From Alphaproteobacteria bacterium (lineage in GTDB: Bacteria; Pseudomonadota; Alphaproteobacteria; SP197): a stretch of DNA of 64,000 nucleotides. The notes under the pieces were generated by a model. The model was not told where the DNA came from and ran no database searches. It saw only the letters and a list, made by a program, of their open reading frames with translations. The DNA is taken from NCBI GenBank assembly GCA_964291415.2, contig OZ219920.1:928001-992000 (forward strand), in the 5' to 3' direction. Below are positions 39,316-49,764 of the stretch, piece after piece (positions within the stretch are counted from its first letter, which is position 1; every line of letters begins with the position of its first letter). Position numbers and translations under genes: made by a program.

Positions 39316-40515
39316 CTACTGAGCGGCGGCGCCATGACGGATCCAGGTTCCGAGAAGCTGCCGCTCCTCGGGTGTCATGCCGGTTTCGTTGCCGAGCGGC
39401 ATGGTGTCGGTTTCCACCGTGGTGATTCTGATCGCCTCGACGTGGCTCAGGATCTCGGCAGCGGTGTTGAAGCGGACATCCTTCGGCGCGGCGTCGAAGT
39501 TCTCGTGGCGGGGTTCAGCCGCATGGCACGACAGGCAGCGTTCGTTGATGATCTGCCGGACCTCGCTGAAGGCGACCCGCTGGGTGGTCGGCCCCTGCGT
39601 TCCTCTCTCGAAGGCCGGCCAGGAGGCAATGATGGCCGCCCCCAGGAAGGGGAAGACAGCCGCGGCCAGGGGCCAGGGCTGGGGCCTGCCGGCGTTGCGC
39701 AGGTTGAACCAGTGACGCACCAGAGCGCCGGAGAGCGAGATGGCGATCAGAAGCAGCCAGTTCAGGGAGTGCCCGAACGTCATCGGATAGTGACTGCTGA
39801 TCATGATGAAGACGACGGGCAGAGTCAGGTAGTTGTTGTGAACCGAACGCTGCTTGGCCTGTCGTCCCAGCAGGGGATCGGGTTCCTCTCCGGCGAGACG
39901 TGCCGCAATCAGCTTGGTCTGGGCCGGAATGATGCGCACGAAGACGTTGATGACCATGACGATGCCGATCAGGGCGCCGACATGCATGTAGGCCGCACGG
40001 CCCGTGAAGATCTGGGTCAGGGCGACGGCGACCGCCGCGAGCGCGACGATGGAAAGCACATTGGCGGGAAGGGGGTTCTCGGCGCCGGCACGTGAAGCGA
40101 AGAGGGCATCATAGGCGAACCAGCCGACCACCAGGGTGGCAATCCCGACACCCACCGCCTGCAGACGGCTGAGCGAACCGGAACCCGCCTCGATCAGATA
40201 GGATTCGGCGCCGAGGTAGTAGACGATGGCGAGCAGCATGACACCGGTGATTCCGGTGAACCCGGCCTCCCACTTGAACCAGTGCAGGGTGCGCGGGATG
40301 GCCGCAGGCGCCACGAGGTACTTGTTGACCTCGTAGAATCCCCCGCTGTGCACCATCCACAGTTCGCCTTCGATGCCCTCCTTGCCGGGTTCGGGCTTCT
40401 CGAGATGGGCATCGAGCCACATGAAGAGGAAGGACGTGCCGATCCAGGCGATGCCGACGATGACGTGGGTCCAGCGGATGACGAGATTGGCCCAGTCGAG
40501 AATGGCGGTTTCCAT
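39316..40515 (-). CDS. puuD: Membrane cytochrome c urate hydroxylase PuuD
   Basis: RWTHVIVGIAWIG.SF, WMVHSGGFY, WFKWEA, RSVHNNYLTLPV and C-terminal CLSCH heme motif with MPLGN. Confidence 0.93.
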   Translation of the reverse strand: METAILDWANLVIRWTHVIVGIAWIGTSFLFMWLDAHLEKPEPGKEGIEGELWMVHSGGFYEVNKYLVAPAAIPRTLHWFKWEAGFTGITGVMLLAIVYYLGAESYLIEAGSGSLSRLQAVGVGIATLVVGWFAYDALFASRAGAENPLPANVLSIVALAAVAVALTQIFTGRAAYMHVGALIGIVMVINVFVRIIPAQTKLIAARLAGEEPDPLLGRQAKQRSVHNNYLTLPVVFIMISSHYPMTFGHSLNWLLLIAISLSGALVRHWFNLRNAGRPQPWPLAAAVFPFLGAAIIASWPAFERGTQGPTTQRVAFSEVRQIINERCLSCHAAEPRHENFDAAPKDVRFNTAAEILSHVEAIRITTVETDTMPLGNETGMTPEERQLLGTWIRHGAAAQ

Positions 40516-40520
40516 GTCGC

Positions 40521-41036
40521 CTATTCCCCGAGTCTTTCCGCGATTCGCAGGCTGACGATCCGCCCGATGTTGGCGAGTGCTTCCGCTCTCTCCGTTTGCG
40601 GATCACTCCCGAGCCGCCGCCGGAATGCTTCGATGATGCTGTCGAGTGTATGGTCGCGGACCGCAATGATGAAGGGAAAACCGAACTTTTCCCGATACCT
40701 GCGGTTGAGATCCATGAAAAGGGTGAAGTCCGCATCCGACAGGCGGTCGAGTCCGGCGCTCGCCTGTTCGCGTGTCGAATCGGGTTCAAGGTCACGTGCT
40801 CTCGCCGCCTTGCCGGCAAGGTCGGGATGGGCCCGGATGAAGGCGAGTTTCTCTTCGTCCCGCGCCTCGTCAAGGACCCGCGTCATGGCGTGGATCAGTG
40901 CCGCACGCGACGGGAAGGGGCCATGGCGATGGGCGCGCCGGGCGAACCATGGCGAGCTTTCGAAGACATCTCCGAGCATGGCCGTGAACCCGTCCGCGCT
41001 GGCCCGGTTGATCGCCTCGAGAGTGAGTGCCGGCAC
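40521..41036 (-). CDS. uraD: OHCU decarboxylase
   Basis: VFESSPW, RAHPDLAGK, S.REQASAGL and YREKFGFPFIIAVR. GTG start just after the puuE stop. Confidence 0.93.
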   Translation of the reverse strand: MPALTLEAINRASADGFTAMLGDVFESSPWFARRAHRHGPFPSRAALIHAMTRVLDEARDEEKLAFIRAHPDLAGKAARARDLEPDSTREQASAGLDRLSDADFTLFMDLNRRYREKFGFPFIIAVRDHTLDSIIEAFRRRLGSDPQTERAEALANIGRIVSLRIAERLGE

Positions 41037-41037
41037 G

Positions 41038-41976
41038 TCAACCGTTCCCTTCGGCAGGCGGCGGGAACCGCGCCCGCCAATGACGGGCGATGTCGATGCG
41101 CCTGCAGAACCAGACTCCCTCGTGACGACTGGCGTAGTCGACAAAGCGCGTCAGGGCGCCCATGCGTCCGGGACGGCCGGCGAGGCGGCAGTGCAGGCCG
41201 ACCGACATCATTCTGCCACCCTCGTTCCACAGCACATCGAACGCGTCCTTGAGATAGGTGAAGAACTGGTCGCCGGAGTTGAATCCCTGGGGCGTGGCAA
41301 AGCGCATGTCGTTGACATCGAGCGTATAGGGAACGACGAGATGCTGCCTTTCCCCGACAGTCGTCCAGAATGGAAGCTCGTCGCTGTAGTCGTCGGCATC
41401 ATAAAGGAAACCGCCTTCCTCGACGACGAGCCGGCGCGTGTTCGGGCTGGTCCGCCCGGTGTACCATCCCAGCGGACGCTGGCCGGTCAGCCTCGTCTGG
41501 ATGGCGATGGCGCGCTCCATGTGTTCGCGCTCCTCGTCTTCCCCCACCCTCTGGTAGTCGATCCAGCGGTAGCCGTGGGAGCAGATCTCGAAGTCCGCCT
41601 CCATCGCCCGTTCCGCCACGTCCGGGTTGCGTTCGAGGGCCATGGCGACACCGAAGACCGTGACCGGTATCGCCCGCTCCCGGAACAGCCGGAACAACCG
41701 CCACACACCCACCCGGCTGCCGTATTCGTAGAGCGATTCCATGCTCATGTGACGCATGCCTTCGATTGGAACGGCCGCCACGATCTCCGAGAGGAAGGCC
41801 TCGGATGCGGCATCGCCGTGAAGCACGCTGTTCTCGCCGCCTTCCTCGTAGTTGATGACAAACTGCACGGCGAGACGGGCGCCTCCAGGCCAGGCCGGAT
41901 CGGGCGGCGTGGCGCCGTAGCCTTTCATGTCTCGGGGGTAGGGAGCGTCTGGCGGCAAGGTGGGCTTTCGTTGCAT
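41038..41976 (-). CDS. puuE: Allantoinase PuuE (polysaccharide-deacetylase fold)
   Basis: YPRDM.GYG, AVQFVINYEEGGE, ESLYEYGSR, HGYRWI, GWYTGR and GLHCRL.GRP. Confidence 0.95.
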   Translation of the reverse strand: MQRKPTLPPDAPYPRDMKGYGATPPDPAWPGGARLAVQFVINYEEGGENSVLHGDAASEAFLSEIVAAVPIEGMRHMSMESLYEYGSRVGVWRLFRLFRERAIPVTVFGVAMALERNPDVAERAMEADFEICSHGYRWIDYQRVGEDEEREHMERAIAIQTRLTGQRPLGWYTGRTSPNTRRLVVEEGGFLYDADDYSDELPFWTTVGERQHLVVPYTLDVNDMRFATPQGFNSGDQFFTYLKDAFDVLWNEGGRMMSVGLHCRLAGRPGRMGALTRFVDYASRHEGVWFCRRIDIARHWRARFPPPAEGNG

Positions 41977-42041
41977 GGTGGTCGCTGCAAAGGTAACACC
42001 GACATTGGATGTGTCCAGCACGTGCGGGGAAGGGAAGGGCC

Positions 42042-42380
42042 ATGCCAGGATTGACGACCCACGTTCTCGATACCGCTTCGGGACGCCCGGCTGCCGGGGT
42101 TGCCGTCACACTCGTCGAGTTGGTCGGAAACGAGCGCCGGGACATCGCCTCTGCCGTCACCAACGACGACGGCCGCACCGACCGGCCGCTCATGGAGAGC
42201 GTGCGCCAGGGCCACTTCGAGATCGTCTTCGACATCGGCGCCTACTTCGCCTCGAGAGGGCCGGGTCCAGGATTCCTCGACCACGTGCCGGTCCGCTTCC
42301 GTATCACCGACACGTCGCGTCACTGGCACGTTCCCCTGCTGGCAAGCCCGTGGGGCTACACCACCTACCGCGGCAGCTGA
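42042..42380 (+). CDS. uraH: 5-hydroxyisourate hydrolase (transthyretin-like)
   Basis: LTTHVLDT..G.PA, TNDDGR, HVPLL.SP.GY and C-terminal YRGS. Confidence 0.96.
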   Translation: MPGLTTHVLDTASGRPAAGVAVTLVELVGNERRDIASAVTNDDGRTDRPLMESVRQGHFEIVFDIGAYFASRGPGPGFLDHVPVRFRITDTSRHWHVPLLASPWGYTTYRGS

Positions 42381-42482
42381 ACCCATGTGAACGCCGTTGG
42401 CACAAGGGACCGGCGCCTTCCCGTCGTCGATGCCAGAGCCCCGCGCGTTCCGGGACCCAGTCCCCGGTAGCGCGCCTCAGCC

Positions 42483-42888
42483 CTATGGCGTCCTTCTTGC
42501 TCCGAAGGCGCCGATGTAGCCGGTGGTGTCGAAGACGCCCCAGGCCTCCTCGTGCGCCGGCCCGTGGAAGGCTCCGGAGAGGTGGTCGGTCCCGGCGACG
42601 CCCGCGGCGAAGCGGCCGCCGGCAAGCGGCATGCCGGTCCAGTCGCCGATGGTGTGGCCGGCCACGTCGATGCCGACATCGACCCGCGGCTGCGAGAGAT
42701 CGGCGATGGTCACCGTCGCCGTGCCCATGAGCCGCTCGAAGGTCCCCGTCGGGCTCGCCTCGGCGATGCCTCGCCACGTCGCGCTCCCCGTGCCGGCGGG
42801 GTTCGTGCCCGTGTCATCGGGCGGCGAGGGCCAGGGCCGCGGCCACCACGGCCGCGGTCATCACTGTCCTGGAGTTCATCGCAAGCAT
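42483..42888 (-). pseudogene. Frameshifted secreted protein with a TbpB-like C-terminal beta-barrel
   Basis: RBS AGAGGG then MLAMNSRTVMTAAVVAAALALAA(R*). The +1 frame continues DDTGTNPAGTGSATWRG...LSGAFHGPAHEEAWGVFDTTGYIGAFGARRTP, a TbpB-barrel-like ending. Confidence 0.6.
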
Positions 42889-42917
42889 CCCTCTTGTCAC
42901 GTTGGATCCGCGCCGGC

Positions 42918-45900
42918 TCAGAAGCGCAGACGCACGTCAAGCCTGAGCAGGTGCTCGGTCCCGGCGCCCTCGCGGCGCTCGCCCGCAAACTCGACATGCA
43001 GGCGCTCCGCCTCGAAGCGCGTCCCCAGCCGCAGCCGCCGGCTGTCGCCGCCGGCCACGCCGGTCTCCGCAAACGGCGTCAGCAACCCGTAGGGCGTCAC
43101 GCCCAGGCCGTAGCCGATGCGCGCGTCCAGCGCCATGGCGCCACCCGACGCCTCGCCCACCGTCGGCAGCTCGGCGCCCCACAGCGCCTCGGCGGCGCCC
43201 GTGCCGGCGCCCCAGTGCGGGCTCAGCATCAGCGACAGGCCGCGGCCCTGCGCCCCGGGACCGACACGCGCCGTCACGCTCACGCCGCGCTCCTCGGCGC
43301 CCTCCTCGGAGTGCGCCGCCAGCCAGCGGCCCCGCGCCTCCACATGGAACCGCGGCGCCGTGTAGCGCACGCCGCCCACGGTCTCCAGGCCGCTCCCGGC
43401 CAGACCGTCGCCGCCGTCGCGCCGCGCCGCCGCCTCGACGAAGGGCACCAGCGCCGTGTCGCCGTCCAGCGCAATGCGCCGCGACGCCTCCAGGCCCGTG
43501 CGCAGGCGCCAGCTGTCCGCCGTCAGGCCGTCCACATAGTCCGGGCCGTCGTCGGTCTCCAGGCGCGCCAGGCTGGCGTCCGCCCGCACCGCAAGGTCGA
43601 TGCCGGCCAGGGCCGGAAGCGCATGGCGCAGTCCCGCCGAGCCCATCCACATCACAAGGTCGCTGGTCTCGGCCTCGCCGCCCTCCAGGCGGTGCCGCGC
43701 CTCGCCGCGGCCGGCGCCCAGGACGCCGTGCAGTTCCAGGTCCTCCGACAGCGTCCACCGCCCGTAGGGGTAGAGCGCCGTCAGATCGGTCTCCAGGCGG
43801 CCCTCGCCGGAGCCCGCCGCGCCGTCGAAGCGGTAGTCCGCCTCGCCCGTGCCGTGGCTCACCGCCAGACCCGCCACCCACGGTCCCGACCGGGCGTCGA
43901 TGCCCAGCCAGCCCGTGCGCAGCTCGCCCTCGTAGCGCATCCCTTCCGGGCGCCCCGCGAAGGTCCCCAGATCGCCGCGGCCCCACACCGCCCACAGCGG
44001 TGCATCCGAACCCTCGGCCTCACCCAGCGTCAGCGAGAACGCGCTCGCCTGCATGAGCTCCCCGGCCTCGACGCTCCGGCTGCGCACCGGGGCGCAGACC
44101 TCGCCGGCGTCCGTCTGCCCGAGGCGGCCCGGGACGTCGGGCACACACCTCCGCCCCACATCCGCAGGAGCCGCCCCGGACACCCCGAACGGCACCGTCT
44201 CGCCGGCCAGCGTCAGACCGCTCGCCGGCACCGAGGCCGCAAACCGCGCCGCGATGTTGTCGAGCGCGCTCGACAGAGCCCGCCGCGCCACCGCCGCCAG
44301 CGTGCGCCGCACCGAGCGCTTCACCAGCGCCGTGCGGGCGTCCGCCACCGTCACCTGGAACGTCAGGATCGCCGCATCCGTGTCCGCCCGGTTGGCGTCC
44401 GCATCGTCCGCCCGCCAGGTGAAGACCCACTCTCCCTGCGACTCCGGCGTCCCCGACAGCCTCCGCGTCGCCGCGTCGATGTCGAGACCCGCCAGGCCCG
44501 CGGGATCCGAGGTCAGGGCGTAGCTCAGCGCGCCGTTGCCCCCCGTCGCCGCCGGCAGCACCGCAGGCTCCATCGCCTCGCCAACCGTCAGCACCAGGGA
44601 TGCCATCGGCGCCCCGAAGACCGGCGCCGTGTCGCGCACCGTCACCGTCACCTCGTCGCTGCCGGCCAGACCCCCCGGGTCCGTCACCGTCAGGCGGAAC
44701 ACCATCGCGCCCGACTCCGCCGGCGCCGTGAACGTCGCCCGCGCCGTGGCCGCCCCCGAGAGCGTCACCGACGCCCCCGAGACCTGGGTCCACGCGATGG
44801 CTCAGCGCGTCCCCGTCCGGGTCCGTGCTCCCCGAGCCGTCCAGCGTCACCGACGCTCCCGGATCCACCGCCACGTCCGCGCCCGCAGACGCCACCGGCG
44901 TGCCCTCCGCCGGCTCTTCCCCGGGCGAGCGCGGGGTGGAGGCCGGAGGCGTCTCCGTGACGTTCATGACCGGATGGTCCGTGAAGCTCACCGCCGGGCT
45001 CCCCGTGCGGTCGGCACGCCGGATCGGGTTCGCGCCCCTGGTGTAGCTCACCGTGACTCGTCTCGCCCGCGGAGACCGCCGGGGCCAGGGTCAGCACCAC
45101 CGTGCTGCCGCTCACGTCGACGCCGGAGACGGAGAGCGCGTTGCCCGCCGCCGTCACCGTGAAGTCGGCCGGGGCAGGCTCGGAAGCCTCGTCCAGCGCC
45201 TCGTCGAAGGTCAGCGTCAGCACCCGGCCGTCCACCAAAGCGGACGCGAGCGCGGGCGTCTCCGTGACGTTGGTGACCGCCCGGTTCGTGAAGCTCTCGG
45301 CCGGCTCCCCCGTGCCGTCGGCGCGCTGGATCGGCTTCGTCGCGTCCGCGATGTAGCTCACCGTGACCGTCTCGCCCTCGTTCGCCGGCGCGGCCAGGGT
45401 CAGCACCACCGTGCTGCCGCTCACGTCGACGCCGGTGACGGAGAGCGCATTGCCCGCCGCCGTCACCGTGAAGTCCCCGGTCGCCGGCACGGAGCCCTGG
45501 TTCAGCGGCTCGCCGTAGTCCAGGGTCAGCATCGTACGGTCCACCCACGCCGACTGGAGCACGGGCAGCACTTCGGCCGGCGGCGGTCCGTAGGTCACAG
45601 CCATGGCCTCGATGTCCGCCGCCACGTTGCCCGCAAGGTCCTGGATCGGGTGGTCGCCAGCCACGCCCGTGAAGGCGTCGTAGTCCAGGGTCACGTTCTG
45701 ACCCTTCGTCACCGCCTGGCCCAGGGTCAGGGTCATCGTCCGGCCGGCCACGGTGACGGCGGTCACCGTCGCCGGGATGGAGGTGGCCCCCTCGGGGGAG
45801 TTGACCTCCATGTCGACCTGGAATCGGCTCGCCGCCGGCGTGCGGGACGGAGCCAGCGTCTCGTCGTAGGTCAGGGTCAGCACGTGCCCCTGCACGGTGG

Positions 45901-48811
45901 CGGCAAGCAGCCCCGGCGCCGTGGTGTCGGACGACGTGCGGTTGTCGGCCGCGACCCCGGAGAAGCCCGCCGCCTCGTAGCGGTTCGCGTCGGTGTCCCG
46001 GATCGGGTTCGCGCCCCTCGTGTAGCTCACCGTGACACTCTGGCCCGCGGTGACCGCGGGGGCCGCCAGGGTCAGCACGACCGCGCTGTGGGTCACCTCG
46101 ACGCCGGTCACCGACCGGCCGCTCCCCGCCACCGTCACCGCGAAGTCCCCGGTCGCCGGGACGGAGCCCTGGTCCAGAGCCTCGTCGTAGAGCAGCGTCA
46201 GCGTCGTCTGGTGCACCACGGCGCTCTTCAGCGTCGGCAACTTCACCGCGATGTTCGTGACCATCTGTCCCGTGAAGCTCTCCGCCGGATCCCCCGCGCC
46301 GCCGGCGCGCCGGATCGGGTTCGTGCCCTTCGTGTAGCTCACCGTGACCGCCTCGCCCTCGCCGACCGCCGAGGCCAGGGTCAGCGCGACCGTGCGGCCG
46401 CTCACGTCGACGCCGGTGACCGACACCGCGTCGCCCGCCGCCGTCACCGCGAAGTCCCCGGTCGCCGGCACGGAGTTCTCGTCCAGCGGCTCGCCGTAGG
46501 TCAGGGTCAGCGTCAGGACGTCCACCGAAGCGGTCGCGAGTACCGGGCCGCACGCATACGCCGTCGTGGCGACGATCTCCTTCGACACCGACGCCCCGTC
46601 GCTGTCGGTCGCCGTCACCGTGACCGTCGTCGTGAACGGGCTGTCCGGCCGTGGCGCCAGCGCGCACAGGTCGGCCGCGTCCTTGATCGTGAAGAACGCC
46701 CGATTCAGGTGGGCGGCGTAGCCCATGTCCTTGACCGCGTTGGCGGGCTCCGCCGTCACCGTGACGAGCAGCTGGTCGGCGGTGGGAGTGGGGTTGGGGT
46801 CAGTCTCGGTGGGAACGATGATCTCGAGGTCGCCGGCCGCGATGTTCGGGTCGGCGAAGACGATGTCCGCGGTCGTGAGAGCGTCCGGGGCCGCGTTCGG
46901 CGCCAGGTGCTCCTCGTCCGCCACGGTCGCGGTCGGCCGCCTGTTGGACGTGTTCACCGTCACCGGGAAGTCCCTGAAGAAGGCCGATGTCGGGGAGGCG
47001 CCCGGACGGTGGCTCACGGTGACCGTGTCGCCTCCCCACGCCGCCTCCGGCAGCGTGAGCGTCACCGGCGTGGTATGCACGTCGCCCGAAGCCGAGCCCG
47101 AGCCCACCGAGACCGCGCTCGGCGTCAGCGCCCGCCCGTTCACCGTGACCGTGAACTCGGAACGCTGACACGGACGGCGTGATGGGGGTGAAGCCTACGC
47201 TGTCATCCGCGGGCCTACCCCTGTAGGACAGCGTCAGCGTCGTCCCGTCCAGCACGGCGGACCCAAGCTGCGGGCATAGGGGAACGTCGGCGTTGCTGAA
47301 AAAGCTGGTCAGGAGAAACTTCCGCGTGATCGACGCCGTCGCGCCGTAGGGGTCGGTCGCCGTCAGCGTGGCGGTGACCGTAGGATCCGACCCGTTCCCG
47401 CGCGGCACGAGCAGCGGCTCGAGGTTCGCCAGCTCGCATTCGCCCTTGGACGATGTAGAAGAGTTTGTTTGATGTAGTGTTTTCATTGAACTCGCCGGGA
47501 ACGTGCGCGTCGTCGCGGCTCAGGCTCAGCGAGAACGTCAGCGCGTCGCCGTCGGGGTCGCTGAACCCCGAACGGTCGAGCGTCAATGAGACCAGGGTAT
47601 TTGACGGCGCGTTGATGATGTTGTCCGCCGGGTTGTCCGAGGTCGCGGTGAAGACGGGCGCGCGGTTGTTCGCCCTCACATCCACCGCTTCGTTGGCGAA
47701 GGAGACCGTCTCGTTGCCGGCGAGGTCGCGGATGGGCCCGTGGCCGAAGCCCCCCTGGCGCGCGCGCGACTTGTCATACCCCACCGTGACGGACGTGGCG
47801 TTGGACGGCACCGCCTTGGCCAGCGTCAGCGTGACGCTGCTGCCCGCACCACGGCGTTGTTGACCGTCCACAGGCGGCTGAACGACAGCCCGGGCTCCTT
47901 CACCCGAACCGAGAAGGCCGGGGCGCCCGGATCCGATCCCGGGTCCAGCGGCTCGTCGAAGTTCAGGCGAAGCCGCTTGGGCTTCGCCGTGACCAGGACG
48001 CGCGCTCGAAAGGGACGGAGGGTGGTCCACCTCATTTTCATGGCCGTGGACGGCCATCTTGATGTTGATGTCAACACCGTTGTTTGCCCAGTTTCCGCTG
48101 CTGCCCTTGTTGACGCCTCTGTCCGCAATGCTCCAGCCCGTCGCCCCGCCCGAATCCTCGCTGTCGGAGGCCGTGAACCGCACTTGAGGGCCTCTGTCCC
48201 CCGCGCTGGTCGTCTCCAGCACCACGAAGTACGTCGTGTCGGCGTCCAGGTCGATGCCGTCGCCGGAGGCCGTGAACGTGTTGACCTCATGGGTCAGCGT
48301 GGTCGGGTTCGTCAGCGTGCCCAGGCTGCTGTCAGGGAAGCCGTCCGCGCCCGCCGAGAAGATGCTCACGGAATAGTCCGGCTCCGTCGTGTTCGCTGGG
48401 GCGTCAACGTGCACATCAATGCGCGCGTCCTTCAGCTTGTAGCCGCCACCGTGGCTGCCGGTGGTGAACCCTTGGCCGTAGACGGTGTTTGGATCGAAAC
48501 CAATACGGTTACTCGGTCGACTGAGCGGTGTTGTCCACCAGCGTGACCGACGTCTGCGCCTCGGCCGCCCCGGCGGCGAACAGCAGGGAGAACGCCGCGG
48601 CGAAGGCGGCGGCGGGCGCGGGGCGGAACGGCCGGGGACGTGAAGCAGACCCGGAAGAGCCAGAGGGCGCGGGGCGGCTGAAGAGGCCGGACAGGCGAGA
48701 GAAAAGGGAGGAGAAAGTTCCCGCCGCGAGGCGGGACGGCAGGCTCAGCGCGCGGGCAGGGCCATTCGAGGTGCGGGCATGTCGCTCCCGCGAGCGGACG
48801 GCACGGCCCAT
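42918..48811 (-). pseudogene. Giant surface adhesin/autotransporter (about 1,960 aa if repaired) with 7 apparent frameshifts, possibly sequencing errors
   Basis: ORF pieces join into: signal (..LFAAGAAEAQ), a GQGFTTG...TYFVV N-terminal domain, about 7 SwmB-like repeats, Ig/cadherin-like DPDGD modules, a PKD/K319L-like domain (AGAD...LDGSGS.DPDGD...WTQ.SG), a putative-Ig domain (LPAATGGNGALSY) and an autotransporter barrel (WAVWGRG...LDVRLRF). Confidence 0.85.
44960..48015 (-). repeat. Internal SwmB-like repeats of about 95-100 aa (five in tandem at about 44960-46545, two more divergent upstream)
   Basis: Recurrent 'LTL.Y.E.LD..S.PA..DF.VT..G....V.GV.VSG.TV.LTL...V..G..VTVSY...NPI'. Identical DNA gccagggtcagcaccaccgtgctgccgctcacgtcgacgccgg occurs near 45084 and 45393. 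Confidence 0.9.
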
Positions 48812-48848
48812 GGCGTCAAGCCACGCACGGAACGGTAGAGACAGGGGG

Positions 48849-48996
48849 GCTCGGCTCGGCGCTCGGCGCTCGGCGCTCGGCGGCGCTCGGCGCTCGGCGC
48901 TCGGCGCTCGGCGCTCGGCGCTCGGCGCTCGGCGCTCGGCGCTCGGCGCTCGGCGCTCGGCGCTCGGCGCTCGGCGCTCGGCGCTCGGCGCTCGGC
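48849..48996. repeat. 7-bp tandem repeat (GCTCGGC)n, about 20 units, with 16 perfect units at 48885-48996
   Basis: Read directly from the sequence, with two short interruptions near 48856 and 48882. Lies about 40 nt upstream of the adhesin ATG. Confidence 0.97.
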
Positions 48997-49181
48997 ATCC
49001 ACTTTACCACAAAGACCGCTTTCGCGAACCGGATTTTCGACACGAATCGAAGTCACCGACCTATCTCCCTCTCGAACAGGCCTGCGCCGCCGGCCGCACC
49101 TCCAGGCCGCGGCGCGCAGGACCGAAACCAACCGTTTCGACTCCACTCTCAAGGGAATCCAAGGCCCGGAAAATCCTTCAC

Positions 49182-49553
49182 AATTGCAGGTATCAAGGGC
49201 CTGGAAACGGGGCGGGGAGGGCTCGCGTCAGCGCCAGGGCAGGGCGTCCACGACCAGGACCTGTCGCACCACGGCCACCTGTCGCGATGCGCCCGGCTTT
49301 CTGCAGACCTGCCGGAACAGCCAGCGCACGTCGTTCTCCCGAAGGCTGGCGGCGGCGGCGAGCGGCAGATCCTCCGCCGCGGCGATGCGTTCGAAGGCAC
49401 CGTCCCCGGGTTCACGCCGCGTCCTCCCACGGCGTGTCCGACGGATCTGGCGAAGGAGCCGGCCGGACAGGAACCGCTCCGGGCGCCGCCGGCGGGCAAG
49501 CGCAGGCCAGCCGGCATCGGCAGGAATGGCATCCCGTCAAAATTGCAGGTATC
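49182..49553. repeat. 13-bp direct repeat AATTGCAGGTATC at 49182-49194 and 49541-49553
   Basis: Exact AT-rich match in a GC-rich non-coding region. Confidence 0.8.
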
Positions 49554-49764
49554 GATCTGAGCGGCGCACAAGAAATCTGGCGCGAGAGGCGGCCGATTCA
49601 GGCCGGCCGCTCGATTGTCGGCCGGCTGCGCACCGCAAGACCGGCAACAGGGCGGCCTTGCAGTGCGCCGCGCTTCATGCGTGCGCAGCTACCGGCGATG
49701 TCCCCGTGTCGGACGGACGCCAACCCGCGCCGCATGCGGAGTCTCAACCTACGTGGATGTCATG

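Noticed and set aside
42552-47182. Long plus-strand ORFs (802 aa and 709 aa)
   Set aside because: Arg/His-rich shadow frames antisense to the autotransporter, as expected at high GC.
48849-48996. Repeat array as a CRISPR, or ORFs with AERRAPS/ALGARRS repeats
   Set aside because: The 7-bp units are contiguous with no spacers and no cas genes nearby. The repetitive peptides are just translations of the microsatellite.
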